A stretch of DNA of 64,000 nucleotides from an uncultured delta proteobacterium (GCA_963743525.1 CAVUQH010000004.1:96001-160000); one strand, 5' to 3'. Counted from the stretch's first letter, positions 23,649 through 34,164 are shown. Numbers and translations: made by a program. The notes: generated from the letters alone by a model not told the origin.

Positions 23649-24890
23649 TCAGCGGCCGTGGTGCTCGCGCACGAGGGTCTCGGGCACGAAGCGATAGACG
23701 ACCAACGCCGCCAGCAGGGACAGGCCACCGCCGAGAACGAACGGCGCGGCCAGTCCCATGCTCGCCGCCATCAGCCCCGAGATCAGCGGACCGACGGCGA
23801 CGCCCAGGGTGAAGCCGGTGGTGACGATGGCGAGCTGCCGCGCCTCGCTGCCCCGGCGCGACAGATCGCCGGCGAGGGCGAAGACGGGGGCGGCGATCGC
23901 GCCCGACGCCACGCCTTGCACCAGGCGCAGGCCGGTGAGCTGCGCGGTGGTCGCGACCCAGCCGATGAGCACGGTCGCGGGTGCCAGCAGCAGCAGCCCG
24001 CCGATCACCAGCGGCTTGCGGCCGATGCGATCGGACAACCAGCCGAGCGGCACCTGGGTGAGCAGCCGGCTGCCGGTCAGCGCACTGAAGGCGATGCTGA
24101 AGCCGATAGCGGTCTGCTGGAGCCGGGCGTTGAACTGCTTCTCCAGGGTGCTGATCATCGCGATCTGCACCGCCATGGCGAAGGTTGCGGCGCCGGCGCC
24201 GAGGATTCCCGCGCTGACGATGCGGTGGCGGGGCTGCGCCGTCTGTTCGGCGTCGGCCGGCGGCACCGGCCGCGGCTGCTCCTTCACCCATATGCGCACG
24301 ATCACCAGCGCGACCACGATGCACGCCGAGCCGGCGTAGAACGCCGCCTCGAAGCCGACGTAGACCTGCAGCACGCCGCCGAGGAGCGGACCGACCGCCA
24401 TCCCGGCCATGCGCATGGTCGTATAGATGCCCATCGACCCGCCGCGCGTCTGCTTCTTGCTGGCCATCGTCATCAGCGACAGCGCCGTGGGAATGGTCAG
24501 CGCGATGGCGATGCCCTGCAGCGCACGGAGTACCGCCAGGCCGGCGAAGGTGTGCGTCCACGCGAACGCCAGGGTTGACGCGGCCATGGCCACCAGGCCG
24601 AGCTCGATGAGCGGCCTGCGACGCGTCATCCGGTCGCTCCAGCCGCCGACGATCGGCTGCGCGATCGACGAGACCAGGCCGAACAGCGCCAGCAATGCGC
24701 CGACGCGAACCTCCTCGGAGAACGGGAACCACGCCGGCTGCGCCGTCTTCGCGATGTACAGCGGCAGCAGCACCAGCAGGATGCCGTTGCCGACCGCGTC
24801 GCCGAAGCGCGCGATCGACAGCGCGACCACCAATCGGCTCGCGCCGATCTTTTCGCCAAAGTCGCGAAGGGCGGCCACGTATCGATTCAC
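23649..24890 (-). CDS. MFS transporter
   Basis: About 12 hydrophobic segments; motif A in both halves (GGWSDRMTRRR, GWLSDRIGRK). Start GTG 24890 preferred; ATG 24935 possible. Confidence 0.9.
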   Translation of the reverse strand: MNRYVAALRDFGEKIGASRLVVALSIARFGDAVGNGILLVLLPLYIAKTAQPAWFPFSEEVRVGALLALFGLVSSIAQPIVGGWSDRMTRRRPLIELGLVAMAASTLAFAWTHTFAGLAVLRALQGIAIALTIPTALSLMTMASKKQTRGGSMGIYTTMRMAGMAVGPLLGGVLQVYVGFEAAFYAGSACIVVALVIVRIWVKEQPRPVPPADAEQTAQPRHRIVSAGILGAGAATFAMAVQIAMISTLEKQFNARLQQTAIGFSIAFSALTGSRLLTQVPLGWLSDRIGRKPLVIGGLLLLAPATVLIGWVATTAQLTGLRLVQGVASGAIAAPVFALAGDLSRRGSEARQLAIVTTGFTLGVAVGPLISGLMAASMGLAAPFVLGGGLSLLAALVVYRFVPETLVREHHGR

Positions 24891-25080
24891 CTGCGACCCG
24901 GGTTGCCAGAGACGTACCGACCCGAGGCGGCGCATTGTCGCACATTGCCGCGCTGCGACCGCACGAGCTACTACGTCGCGCCGCGCGACGGCAGCGAAAG
25001 AAGCGCTAGCGGTGAGGCGAGCTGCCCCGCCCGCGGCGAAATGCCGCGCCTACCGGAACCCGTTGACCGTGCCGGTCGTC

Positions 25081-25308
25081 TCAGACGACCAGGAACGGCA
25101 GGACGACGATCCAGAACAGCCAGAAACCGACGGTGACCAGGCCGAGTGCGGCCATCCCGCGATGCCACGGCTTGGGCTCGCCGTGGAAGAACAACCGGGT
25201 CCACTGCTGCGGGCGTTTCGTCCGCCTGGGAATCCGATCGACCTCGGGACGCGACTCCACCTGAACCCACCGACCAGTTGCGCCGGGATGAACATGTGTA
25301 GCGGCCAT
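25081..25308 (-). CDS. Small membrane protein (75 aa, C-terminal TM helix)
   Basis: MAATHVHPG...GMAALGLVTVGFWLFWIVVLPFLVV; the tail of ORF 25081-26223; sigma54 motif directly upstream. Confidence 0.55.
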   Translation of the reverse strand: MAATHVHPGATGRWVQVESRPEVDRIPRRTKRPQQWTRLFFHGEPKPWHRGMAALGLVTVGFWLFWIVVLPFLVV

Positions 25309-25320
25309 GTCCTCATGGAG

Positions 25321-25336
25321 TGCATAGCTCGTGCCG
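25321..25336 (-). promoter_or_regulatory. sigma54 -24/-12 motif upstream of the small membrane protein
   Basis: CGGCACGAGCTATGCA; the -12 C is 14 nt from ATG 25308. Confidence 0.55.
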
Positions 25337-25476
25337 CGAACCGGGCCGCGCAGGAGCTCGTCGGCGACCGGTGCGTGCGTGATCGTGCGTGTCGCGAATG
25401 CCGCACCTGCAGCCATTGCGCACACCGGCGTGGCGCAGCGCGTCGAAGCGCGGGGCATCGTGCACCGGGAAATCCC

Positions 25477-28400
25477 TTGGAGCTGCGTTACAATCACTGG
25501 ATCGGCGAACCCGGAGTCACATTTGCCGGCACGGATCGCTACCGCCTGCTCGGCGAGGTCGGCAGTGGCGCGATGGGCGTGGTCTACGCGGCCCGCGACG
25601 AAGAGCGCGGCGAGACGGTGGCGCTCAAGGTGCTGCGCCGCCTGGACGGACTGGCGATCTACCGCTTCAAGCACGAGTTCCGCGCGCTCGCCGACGTCGT
25701 GCATCCCAACCTGGTCTCGCTCTACGAGCTGCAGTTGACGAGGGACCACTGGTTCTTCACCATGGAGCTGATCGACGGCGCCGACTTTCTGACCTACGTG
25801 CGCACCGGCGAGACGGCGCGCAAGAACCTCGGCCGCCGCGTTGCCGAGCTGCCGACGCCGACGGTGACCATGGCCGGCACGCTCGATACCATGGCGATTC
25901 CCACCGACACCTTCGGCTCGACCGGCATCCATCGCAGCGCGGGCGGCCGGCGCGCGCCCGTCGCTCCGCTCGCCGACGCAGAGCAGTTCCAGCGCCTGCG
26001 CCACGTGCTGTCCCAGCTGGGCGCCGGCATCCAGGCGTTGCACGGGGTCGGCACCCTGCACCGCGACATCAAGCCGTCCAACGTACTGGTTGACGGCAGC
26101 GGGCACCTGCGGCTGCTCGACTTCGGCGTCGTTACCGAGCTCGCCGGCCGCACCTCGATGGACGGCGACGCGCGGCTGATTGGGACGCCGGCCTACATGG
26201 CACCGGAGCTGGGCACCGATCACCCGCTCACCGAGGCCAGCGACTGGTATGCCGTTGGCGTCATGCTGTACCAGGCGCTCACCGGCCGGCGCCCCTTCAC
26301 CGGGTCGGTGCAGGAGATCCTGCAGCGCAAGCGCAGCGAAGATCCGCCGGCACCGAACGCCATCGCCGACGCGGTGCCCGCCGATCTCAATGCGCTGTGC
26401 GTCGAGCTGCTCGCGCGCGACCCGGCTCGGCGTCCCTCCGGTCGCCAGCTGGCCAACCGCCTCGGCATGACCCGAGAAACCGCCGTGGTCGTGCCGGCGA
26501 CGCGCGCGGGCAAGCTACTGGTCGGTCGCCAGCGCCACCTCGACGAGCTGCGCAAGGGTCTGGCGCGTGCGACGGCGGGCGCCCCGGTGGCCATGTTCGT
26601 CCACGGCCCGTCGGGCATGGGCAAGAGCGCGCTGGTCGACCAGTTCTGTACCGAAGCAGTATCGACCGCCGGCGCGGCGGTACTGTCGGGACGCTGCTAC
26701 GAGCGCGAGTCGGTGCCGTACAAGGCGCTCGACGATCTGATGGACGACCTCGCCGACACCCTGCTCGACATGTCGCACGAAGAGGCGGCGGCGCTGGTGC
26801 CGCGCGACTTCCTGGTCCTGGCCCGCGCCTTTCCGGTCCTCCGCCGGCTGTCGGCTCTGGACCCGGGAGCCAACGTCGAGCTGCGCGACCCGCACGAACA
26901 GCGCCGCGTCGCCGTGCGCGCGTTTCGCGAGCTGCTGCGCCGGCTGGCCCGGCGCGCACCGCTCATCCTCCACATCGACGATCTGCAGTGGGGTGACAGC
27001 GACAGCGCCGCGCTGCTGGCCGACGTGCTGCGGCAGCCCAATGCCCCGCCGGTGATGTTCATCGCCAGCTACCGCTCGGATGAAGCAGAGACCGGCGGCT
27101 TCGTCGCGCGCCTGGCCGAGGCCCTCGACGAACACACCGAGGTGGAGGTCGAGCGCCTGCCTCCGGCCGACGCGCGCAGCCTGGCGCGCACGCTGCTCGA
27201 CGGCGCCGGGCTCGACGACCAGCACGCCGACGCCATCGCCCACGAAGCTCGCGGCAACCCGTTCTTCGTCGCCGAGCTGGTGCAGTACGTGGCCGAGTCG
27301 GTGGCGCGCAACCAGGACGGCCTGGCGCTGTCGTTGGAGGAGGTCATCGCCGCGCGCCTGGCCAAGCTGCCGGACGACGCGCGCGCGTTGCTCGACGTCC
27401 TCGCCGTCGCCGGCCGGCCAATCGCCCAGGTGGTCGCCCTGCGCGCGGCCGGTATCCGCGGCAAGGAGCAGCACGCGGTCAGCCTGCTCCGCCTGGCCAA
27501 CCTGGCGCGCACCCGCGGCGTCCGCGCCCTCGACGCGATCGAGACCTATCACGACCGGATCCGCGAGACCACCTACTCGATGCTGGGCGAGAAGACGCGG
27601 CGCGAGCTGCACCTGTCGGTAGCGCGGGCGATGCAGGCGACCGACATCGGCGACGCCGAGGGGCTGGGTGCCCACTTCGAGCTGGGCGGGAGACCTGCGC
27701 TGGCCGGCCCGTACTACGTCGCCGCCGCCGAGGCCGCCGCCCAGCAGCTGGCCTTCGACCGTACCGGCGCCCTCTACGTGCACGCCGTCGAGCTACTCCA
27801 GCCCGAGCCGGCCGAGCGCTCCGATCTGTTCGCCCGAGCTGCCGACGCCTACGCCAACGCCGGCAAGGGACGAGAAGCAGCGTGGGCCTACGAGCATGCC
27901 GCGGAAGGGGCGGCGACGGCGCTGGCGCTGCGCTACCGCGGCCGCGCGTGCGAGGAGCTCCTGCGCAGTGGTCACGTGAGCGAGGGCCAGGCCGCGATGC
28001 GGGAGGTGCTGGGCGAGGTCGGCATCAAGCTGCCGAGGTCGCAGCGAGGCGCGCTGCTGCGCATCGGGCTGCTTCGCGCGCGCATTCGCCTGCGCGGCCT
28101 CGGCTACCGCGAGCGTGATGAAACGCAGATCACCCTAGAGCAGCTGACCCGGATCGACGTCTGCTGGGCCGCCGGCCTGGCCCTGGGCATGAGCGACCAC
28201 ATGCTCGGCACCATGCTCCAGGCGCACCACCTGCTCGGCGCCCTGCGCACCGGCGCACGCGACCACGTCACCCGCGCCCTCGCGATGGAGAGTGTGTTCT
28301 CGTCACTCGGCGGCATCAAGAGCCGCCGCCGCACCTCGCGCATCTCCGAGCACACGCTCGAGCTGGCGGCCAAGCTGGGCGATCCGCTGACGCTGGTATG

Positions 28401-29295
28401 GGCCAACGGGTCGGCGGCCTTCGCCAGGTACCAGATTGGCGACTGGACGGCCGCGCGCGACTACGCCGAGCAGTCTCTCCAGCACGCCCGCGGCAAGCCC
28501 GGCATGTGGTGGGAGCGCTGCTCCGTGAGTCTCTACCGGGTGTGGACGCTCTACTGGCTGGGCAAGTTCGCCGCCATGACCGAATCGGTTCCCGAGCTCC
28601 TTCGCGATGCCGCCACCCGCGGCGATCTCTATTCGTACACCAACTTCTGCAACGGCTTCCCCGCGATCTCGTGGCTGGTGCGCGACACCCCCGAGACCTG
28701 GCTGCCGATCGCCGAAGAGGCGATGAGCCGATGGTCGCGCGACGCCTATCACCTGCAGCACTACTGGCACATGATGGCGCGCTGCCAGTACCTCCTCTAC
28801 CGCGGCGAACCTGGTCCCGCGCTGCAGCTCATCGACGAGGAGTGGCCGATGGTGAAGCGTGCGCGGCTGCTCGACGTGCAGATGGTCACCATCGAGGCCA
28901 GGTTCCTGCGCGGTCGCTGCGCGCTGGCGGTGGCCGCCACCGACACGGACGACCGCGAGTCGCTGCTCACCCGCGTCCGGCGCGACGCACGCTCCCTGCG
29001 CCGCACTCGCGCCGTTCACGCGCGCGCGCTGGCGACCATGCTGACGGCGGGAATCGCCAACGTGCGCGGCGACCTGGATCAGGCGAAGGCCGACCTCCAG
29101 CAGGCCGAGCAAGGCTGCACCGACGTGGCGATGGCGACCAACGCCGCCATCTGCCGGCGGCAGCTCGGTCGCCTCATCGGTGGCGACGAGGGCGCGGCGC
29201 TCACCGCCCGCGCCGAGGCACAGCTGAAGGCCGAGGCCATCGTCAACCTGCCGCGCTTCGCCCAGCTGTTCCTGCCCGGGTTCGACGGCGACTGA
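25477..29295 (+). CDS. Ser/Thr kinase-AAA ATPase-TPR multidomain protein (start uncertain)
   Basis: VGSGAMGVV, VALK, HRDIKPSN, DFG, GTPAYMAPE; then LVGR, GPSGMGKS, IDDLQWGD, GNPFF; then helical repeats. TTG 25477 is the nearest canonical start upstream of the kinase domain. Confidence 0.9.
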   Translation: MELRYNHWIGEPGVTFAGTDRYRLLGEVGSGAMGVVYAARDEERGETVALKVLRRLDGLAIYRFKHEFRALADVVHPNLVSLYELQLTRDHWFFTMELIDGADFLTYVRTGETARKNLGRRVAELPTPTVTMAGTLDTMAIPTDTFGSTGIHRSAGGRRAPVAPLADAEQFQRLRHVLSQLGAGIQALHGVGTLHRDIKPSNVLVDGSGHLRLLDFGVVTELAGRTSMDGDARLIGTPAYMAPELGTDHPLTEASDWYAVGVMLYQALTGRRPFTGSVQEILQRKRSEDPPAPNAIADAVPADLNALCVELLARDPARRPSGRQLANRLGMTRETAVVVPATRAGKLLVGRQRHLDELRKGLARATAGAPVAMFVHGPSGMGKSALVDQFCTEAVSTAGAAVLSGRCYERESVPYKALDDLMDDLADTLLDMSHEEAAALVPRDFLVLARAFPVLRRLSALDPGANVELRDPHEQRRVAVRAFRELLRRLARRAPLILHIDDLQWGDSDSAALLADVLRQPNAPPVMFIASYRSDEAETGGFVARLAEALDEHTEVEVERLPPADARSLARTLLDGAGLDDQHADAIAHEARGNPFFVAELVQYVAESVARNQDGLALSLEEVIAARLAKLPDDARALLDVLAVAGRPIAQVVALRAAGIRGKEQHAVSLLRLANLARTRGVRALDAIETYHDRIRETTYSMLGEKTRRELHLSVARAMQATDIGDAEGLGAHFELGGRPALAGPYYVAAAEAAAQQLAFDRTGALYVHAVELLQPEPAERSDLFARAADAYANAGKGREAAWAYEHAAEGAATALALRYRGRACEELLRSGHVSEGQAAMREVLGEVGIKLPRSQRGALLRIGLLRARIRLRGLGYRERDETQITLEQLTRIDVCWAAGLALGMSDHMLGTMLQAHHLLGALRTGARDHVTRALAMESVFSSLGGIKSRRRTSRISEHTLELAAKLGDPLTLVWANGSAAFARYQIGDWTAARDYAEQSLQHARGKPGMWWERCSVSLYRVWTLYWLGKFAAMTESVPELLRDAATRGDLYSYTNFCNGFPAISWLVRDTPETWLPIAEEAMSRWSRDAYHLQHYWHMMARCQYLLYRGEPGPALQLIDEEWPMVKRARLLDVQMVTIEARFLRGRCALAVAATDTDDRESLLTRVRRDARSLRRTRAVHARALATMLTAGIANVRGDLDQAKADLQQAEQGCTDVAMATNAAICRRQLGRLIGGDEGAALTARAEAQLKAEAIVNLPRFAQLFLPGFDGD

Positions 29296-29376
29296 CGGCG
29301 ACCTCCGCGGAATGCTTCGCATTCCCGCCGAGGGTTTGCCCCACCTGTCGGCGGGAGGCTGCTAGTATCCGCGGTC

Positions 29377-30768
29377 GTGGGCACGGAGCAAACGTTCACG
29401 CCCGGCACGGTTCTGCTCGGCAAGTACCGGATCGATCGGCAGCTGGGTCAGGGTGGTATGGCGGTCGTCGCACAAGCGACGCATCTGCAGCTCCAGGAAC
29501 GGGTCGCCATCAAGTGCCTGCTGCCGGAGATCGTCGGCAACCGCGAGGTCGTGCAGCGTTTCCTGCGCGAGGCGCAGGCCGCGGTCAAGCTCAAGGGCGA
29601 GCACGTCGCGCGGATGATCGACGTCGGCACGCTCGAGACCGGCGAGCCTTACATCGTCATGGAGTACCTCGAGGGCGCCGACCTGTCGCAGGTGCTCACC
29701 GATCGAGGGCGGTTGCCGCCGGCCGAGGCGGTCAACTTCCTGCTGCAGGCGTGCGAAGCGATGGCCGAAGCCCACGCCATGGGCATCGTCCACCGCGACA
29801 TCAAGCCGGCGAACTTCTACATCACCCGGCGCCCCGACGGCACGCCGTTGCTCAAGGTGCTCGACTTCGGCATCTCCAAGGCACCGGTCGAGATCGACCA
29901 GGGCCTGACCCGCACCAACTCGGTGATGGGGACGCCGGCGTACATGTCGCCCGAGCAGATGCGATCGGCCCGCGACGTCGATGGTCGAACCGACATCTGG
30001 GCGCTGGGAGTGGTGCTGCACGAGACCCTCAGTGGCGTCCGCCCGTGGCCGGCCGAGACCTTCAGCGAGCTGTGCATGAAGGTGGCGACCGATCCGCCCG
30101 ATCCGCTGCCGCCTGACGTGCCGGACGGGCTGCGCAGGGCGGTGGAGCGTTGCCTGATCAAGCAACCGGAGGGCCGCTTCGCCAACTGCGCCGACCTGGC
30201 GATTGCCCTGGCGCCGTTCGCCAGCAACCCGCACCGCGCGCAGATGAGCGTCGAACGGATCGCGCGCATGCTCGGGGTCGCGCCCCGCGCTGCCATGCCC
30301 ATGCCGGCCACGGTGATGGCGCCAGCCGGCAACCCGACCACGCTGTCGAGCGGAACCGGGCAGGCGATCACCGCGCCACCGGCGATGCCGTCGCGACGCG
30401 GACCGGGCCTGATCATCGGCGCCGTGATCGCCGCCGCCGCCGCCGTGGCGCTGGTGATCGTCTTCACCCGCGGTGGCGGTCACACCGGGCAACCGGCCGC
30501 GGGCCCGGTGCCCGCAGATGCGGCGCCAAAAATCGCGACGCCCGCGCCGCCAGTCGCGCCCGCGGCAGAGACGATCGACGCCGCAGCCCCGCCGTCGGTG
30601 GCCGCTACCCCGCCCGACGCGGGCCCGACGGCCACCCCCGCGAAGCCCGCTGTCGCCACCCACAAGCATCACTCTCACCGAACCAAGAAGCCGCTGAAGA
30701 AGCCGGAGAGGCCGCCGTACATCGACCAGCCGCCGTCCGACGACGATATCCTCGGCAGCCGCCACTGA
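29377..30768 (+). CDS. Membrane Ser/Thr protein kinase
   Basis: LGQGGMAVV, VAIK, HRDIKPAN, DFG, GTPAYMSPEQ; TM helix and Pro/Ala-rich tail. Confidence 0.93.
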   Translation: MGTEQTFTPGTVLLGKYRIDRQLGQGGMAVVAQATHLQLQERVAIKCLLPEIVGNREVVQRFLREAQAAVKLKGEHVARMIDVGTLETGEPYIVMEYLEGADLSQVLTDRGRLPPAEAVNFLLQACEAMAEAHAMGIVHRDIKPANFYITRRPDGTPLLKVLDFGISKAPVEIDQGLTRTNSVMGTPAYMSPEQMRSARDVDGRTDIWALGVVLHETLSGVRPWPAETFSELCMKVATDPPDPLPPDVPDGLRRAVERCLIKQPEGRFANCADLAIALAPFASNPHRAQMSVERIARMLGVAPRAAMPMPATVMAPAGNPTTLSSGTGQAITAPPAMPSRRGPGLIIGAVIAAAAAVALVIVFTRGGGHTGQPAAGPVPADAAPKIATPAPPVAPAAETIDAAAPPSVAATPPDAGPTATPAKPAVATHKHHSHRTKKPLKKPERPPYIDQPPSDDDILGSRH

Positions 30769-30786
30769 CGGGCAGGAGACGCGGAC

Positions 30787-31827
30787 GTGAAGCTCGACAG
30801 ACCCATTCTCGCCACCATCTCGGTGGCGGTGCTCGCCGCCGTTCTGAGTGCCGCACCGAAGCCCGCGGCCGCGCAGAACAAGGCCGCCGCCGAGGCGCTG
30901 TTCAACGACGCGCGCGAGCTGATGAAAGCCGGCGACTACGCCGCTGCCTGCCCCAAGTTCGAGGCCAGCCAGCGGATGGACCCGGCGCTCGGCACCCTGC
31001 TCAACCTGGCCACCTGCTACGAGAAGCTCGGCCGCGTCGCCAGCGCCTGGGCGCGCTTTGCCGAAGCCGCGGACCTGGCCAAGCGCGCGGGCGAGAGCAA
31101 GCGCCGCGCGTACGCGCGCAAGCAGGTGAAGGCGCTCGAGCCGCGGCTGCCCCACGTGCGCATCGTAGTCAGCACACCGGTCGACGGACTGGTGGTCCAG
31201 CGCGACGGCGAGACCGTCAACAGCGCCGCGTTCGACACGCCGCTGCCGGTCGACCCGGGCAAGGTGGTCGTGACCGCGCGCGCTCCCGGCTACAAGGAGC
31301 TCTCACTCGAGGTCACCGCCAGCGAGGGCAAGGAGACCCGCGCCGAAATCCCCGCGCTGGACAAGCTTCCCGCGCCGGCGACGCCGCCGGCCACCGACGT
31401 GACCGCCCCCGAAGGCCCCACGACCACCCCGGAGAACCCGGCGCCCATGCCCCGCGACCGCGGTGCTGCCCGACCCGGACACACCCAGCGGATCATCGGC
31501 CTGAGCGTGGGCGTCGGCGGGGTCGTCGCCCTCGGCGCCGGGGTCGCCTTCGGCCTGTCGGCACGGTCGAAGTGGAACCAGGCGTTCGACCAGGGCGACT
31601 GCGACAAGGACACCAACATCTGCAACGCCGACGGCCAGGCGCTCACCAACGCCGCGCGCAGCCGGGCCAACATCGCCACGATCGTGAGCATCGCCGGCGG
31701 CGCAGCGCTGGTCGCGGGCACGGTTGTCTATCTCCTGGCGCCCAGCAGTCATGACGATGGCAGCGTCAGTCTGCTGCCGGTCGCCGGACGCTCCAGCTGG
31801 GGCGTGGTCCTGGAGGGTCAGTTCTAA
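30787..31827 (+). CDS. Exported TPR + PEGA-like protein
   Basis: Signal peptide; AAAEALFNDA...ACPKFEASQRMDPALGTLLNLATCYE; VDPGKVVVTARAPGY; C-terminal hydrophobic hairpin ending in LEGQF. Confidence 0.8.
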   Translation: MKLDRPILATISVAVLAAVLSAAPKPAAAQNKAAAEALFNDARELMKAGDYAAACPKFEASQRMDPALGTLLNLATCYEKLGRVASAWARFAEAADLAKRAGESKRRAYARKQVKALEPRLPHVRIVVSTPVDGLVVQRDGETVNSAAFDTPLPVDPGKVVVTARAPGYKELSLEVTASEGKETRAEIPALDKLPAPATPPATDVTAPEGPTTTPENPAPMPRDRGAARPGHTQRIIGLSVGVGGVVALGAGVAFGLSARSKWNQAFDQGDCDKDTNICNADGQALTNAARSRANIATIVSIAGGAALVAGTVVYLLAPSSHDDGSVSLLPVAGRSSWGVVLEGQF

Positions 31828-34148
31828 TGCGCGCCACGACCGTCGCACTATTGGCGCTGGTTGCGACCAACGCGGGCTGCAATCGGATTCTCGGAATCGG
31901 GGACACCACCCTGGCGAACGACGACGCCGGCGGGATATCCGACGGCGGCGCCGACGCCATGCCCGACGCGATGGACCCGACCCTGATCACCGGCCGAGTC
32001 CTTCACCGCTACCTGTTCGAGGGCACGACGACCGACGCCCCCGACGACCTGTCCGGTGTCCAGATCCAGGCATTCCAGGAAAACCAGCCGCAGGGCACCT
32101 TCACCAGCCTGCCCGGCACCGGGGACGCCGACGGCACCTTCCAGATCCCAAACGCGCCGCAGGAGACCCTGTGGATCCGCGTCGGCACCCGGTACTACCA
32201 GACCGACCTGCGGCACCTCGAGCTGGTCACGGGCGAAGTGCGACGGCCGCAGATCGCGCTAGCGACGCAGAACACCCCATTGGCGCTCAACCTGAGCGAC
32301 ATGACCCCGTGGCAGCAGAACGACCAGATCGAGATCAACAGCCCGGCCGGGGTATGGATCACACCGCTCGACGTGCCGGGCGGGACTGCTCCGATGCCGG
32401 GAGTGACGACCTACTCGCTGGAGCACGACTACCGGGACTACGCGTCATTCGTGGGCGGCGAGCTGCCGATGCTCCAGGGTGAGCAGTTCTTCATCACCCA
32501 GCTGGTCCAGCAGACCGACTCCACCGGCCTCGACTACAACGCGCTCGAACGCGTGGCAACGCCGACGCCGATCACCCAGACGGATGGCCAGCGCAGCGAA
32601 GTGAACGCTGCCCTGACGGTGGCCGCGCGGATGGAGGATGTCAGCATCGACTGGCGCGGCGCCGACTTTGCCGCGGAGACGGCCGACATGTGTCCCGGAA
32701 CCCCGCTGTTCGAGGGCTACAGTTTGAGCGTCTTCTCCGTGCCGTACGGCCTCGACCACGGCTTCACGTCCCTGTCAACGCCACTTCTCGTCAACGCCAC
32801 TTTGCCCAGCACCAACGAGGTCCACGACTTTCATTACCGCAACCCGTTCCCCGCTGACTGGGGCACCGTGGTTTCCGGCTTCCACTACTGTGGCCTACAG
32901 GGCACGTTTGGCTACGAGATCGCGATCCACACGCAGATCTCACCCGCCGCCGACGTCAGCGGCGCGTTCCAGCCGCGGATCGGTCCACCAACAGCTGTCC
33001 AGGTCAACGGCAACGACGCCAGCGCCGAGGTGCTGATCAGCGAAGGAACGCCCGAGGTCACCTGGACCGCGCCTGCACAGGGCAGCCCCGACATCTACAT
33101 CCTGTCGATCGACGATGTCAGCGAGGGATCGCGAGCCCGAGTTGCCTCGCTCTACGCTCACACCACGCGTGTCCGCGTGCCGCCGGACATCATGCTGCCG
33201 GGCCGAGCCTACGCGTTTCGCATCGCCGCCGCGATCAACATGGATCCCCTGGTCGCCGGCAACTCGCCCTATGACAACGCCTACACGCAGGCGGTGACCG
33301 GTTCCATCATCGTCGACCACCCGCCGGTGATTCAGGTGAACGCCAGCAATGGCGACGACACCAACTCGGGCACCGTCAACGCCCCGTTCAAGACCATCAC
33401 CCACGCGCTCTCGGTCGCGACCGTCGGCAATACGATCAACGTCGATCCCGGCACCTACGACGCGAGCAACGGAGAGACCTTCCCCCTGGTCGTGCCGACC
33501 GGCGTCACTCTGCAGAACACCGGCGGCCTCCCCGACAACACGATCATCCGTGGCGGCGTCGCCAGCGCCGATCCCAGCGTAACCGTCGAGGTCCAACAGC
33601 AAGCCAATCTCAGCGGATTCACCGTCGAAAACGATCAGGCCAGCAGCGGCACGACCATCGGAGTGCGGATCACCGGCAGCACGGCCGAGGTCCGCAACAA
33701 CATCATCACCGGCGTGATCACCGGCGGCACCTCCGACGGCATCGTCGTGGAAACCGGCGGGCAACAGATCCTCGCCGACAACGACATCAAGAACCACAAC
33801 GGCGGCGGCATCGTCTTCAACAGCGCGAGCAACCCGCGCGTCGAAAACAACCGAGTCACGGCCAACCAGGTGGGCGTGCGCTTCGCCTCGATCATCGGCG
33901 CAGACCTCGGCGGAGGCTCCGCGGGAAGCACGGGTGGCAACCAGATCTACTGCAACACCACCGCGGACATCTCCTACGAAGACGGCGTGAACGGGATCGA
34001 CGCGCAAAACAACCAGTGGGATCACTCGCCGCCGACGACGGCCACCGGATCGCCGACCGGCGGCATCGACATCGACTACGCCCAGGCGAGTCAGGACGGC
34101 ACCATCAACGCGGCCAACTCGTCACTGGTGGCGAGCCCGTGCCCATGA
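31827..34148 (+). CDS. Lipoprotein with C-terminal DUF1565/right-handed beta-helix domain
   Basis: Lipobox NAGC; GDDTNSGTVNAPFKTITHAL...PGTYDASNGETFPL; Asn/Gly-rich beta-helix repeats; start overlaps the upstream stop. Confidence 0.75.
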   Translation: MRATTVALLALVATNAGCNRILGIGDTTLANDDAGGISDGGADAMPDAMDPTLITGRVLHRYLFEGTTTDAPDDLSGVQIQAFQENQPQGTFTSLPGTGDADGTFQIPNAPQETLWIRVGTRYYQTDLRHLELVTGEVRRPQIALATQNTPLALNLSDMTPWQQNDQIEINSPAGVWITPLDVPGGTAPMPGVTTYSLEHDYRDYASFVGGELPMLQGEQFFITQLVQQTDSTGLDYNALERVATPTPITQTDGQRSEVNAALTVAARMEDVSIDWRGADFAAETADMCPGTPLFEGYSLSVFSVPYGLDHGFTSLSTPLLVNATLPSTNEVHDFHYRNPFPADWGTVVSGFHYCGLQGTFGYEIAIHTQISPAADVSGAFQPRIGPPTAVQVNGNDASAEVLISEGTPEVTWTAPAQGSPDIYILSIDDVSEGSRARVASLYAHTTRVRVPPDIMLPGRAYAFRIAAAINMDPLVAGNSPYDNAYTQAVTGSIIVDHPPVIQVNASNGDDTNSGTVNAPFKTITHALSVATVGNTINVDPGTYDASNGETFPLVVPTGVTLQNTGGLPDNTIIRGGVASADPSVTVEVQQQANLSGFTVENDQASSGTTIGVRITGSTAEVRNNIITGVITGGTSDGIVVETGGQQILADNDIKNHNGGGIVFNSASNPRVENNRVTANQVGVRFASIIGADLGGGSAGSTGGNQIYCNTTADISYEDGVNGIDAQNNQWDHSPPTTATGSPTGGIDIDYAQASQDGTINAANSSLVASPCP

Positions 34149-34164
34149 TGCCCACCGCCGGGGG

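Noticed and set aside
24427..25476. N-terminal 350 aa of the 1622-aa ORF
   Set aside because: Overlaps the MFS and small membrane genes on the opposite strand and has no protein-like motifs; the kinase domain begins near 25530.
16948..29295. STAND/AAA proteins as an anti-phage (Avs-like) system
   Set aside because: The effector domains are a wHTH and a kinase, with no nuclease, TIR or SIR2 domain and no defence-island context; signalling is more likely.
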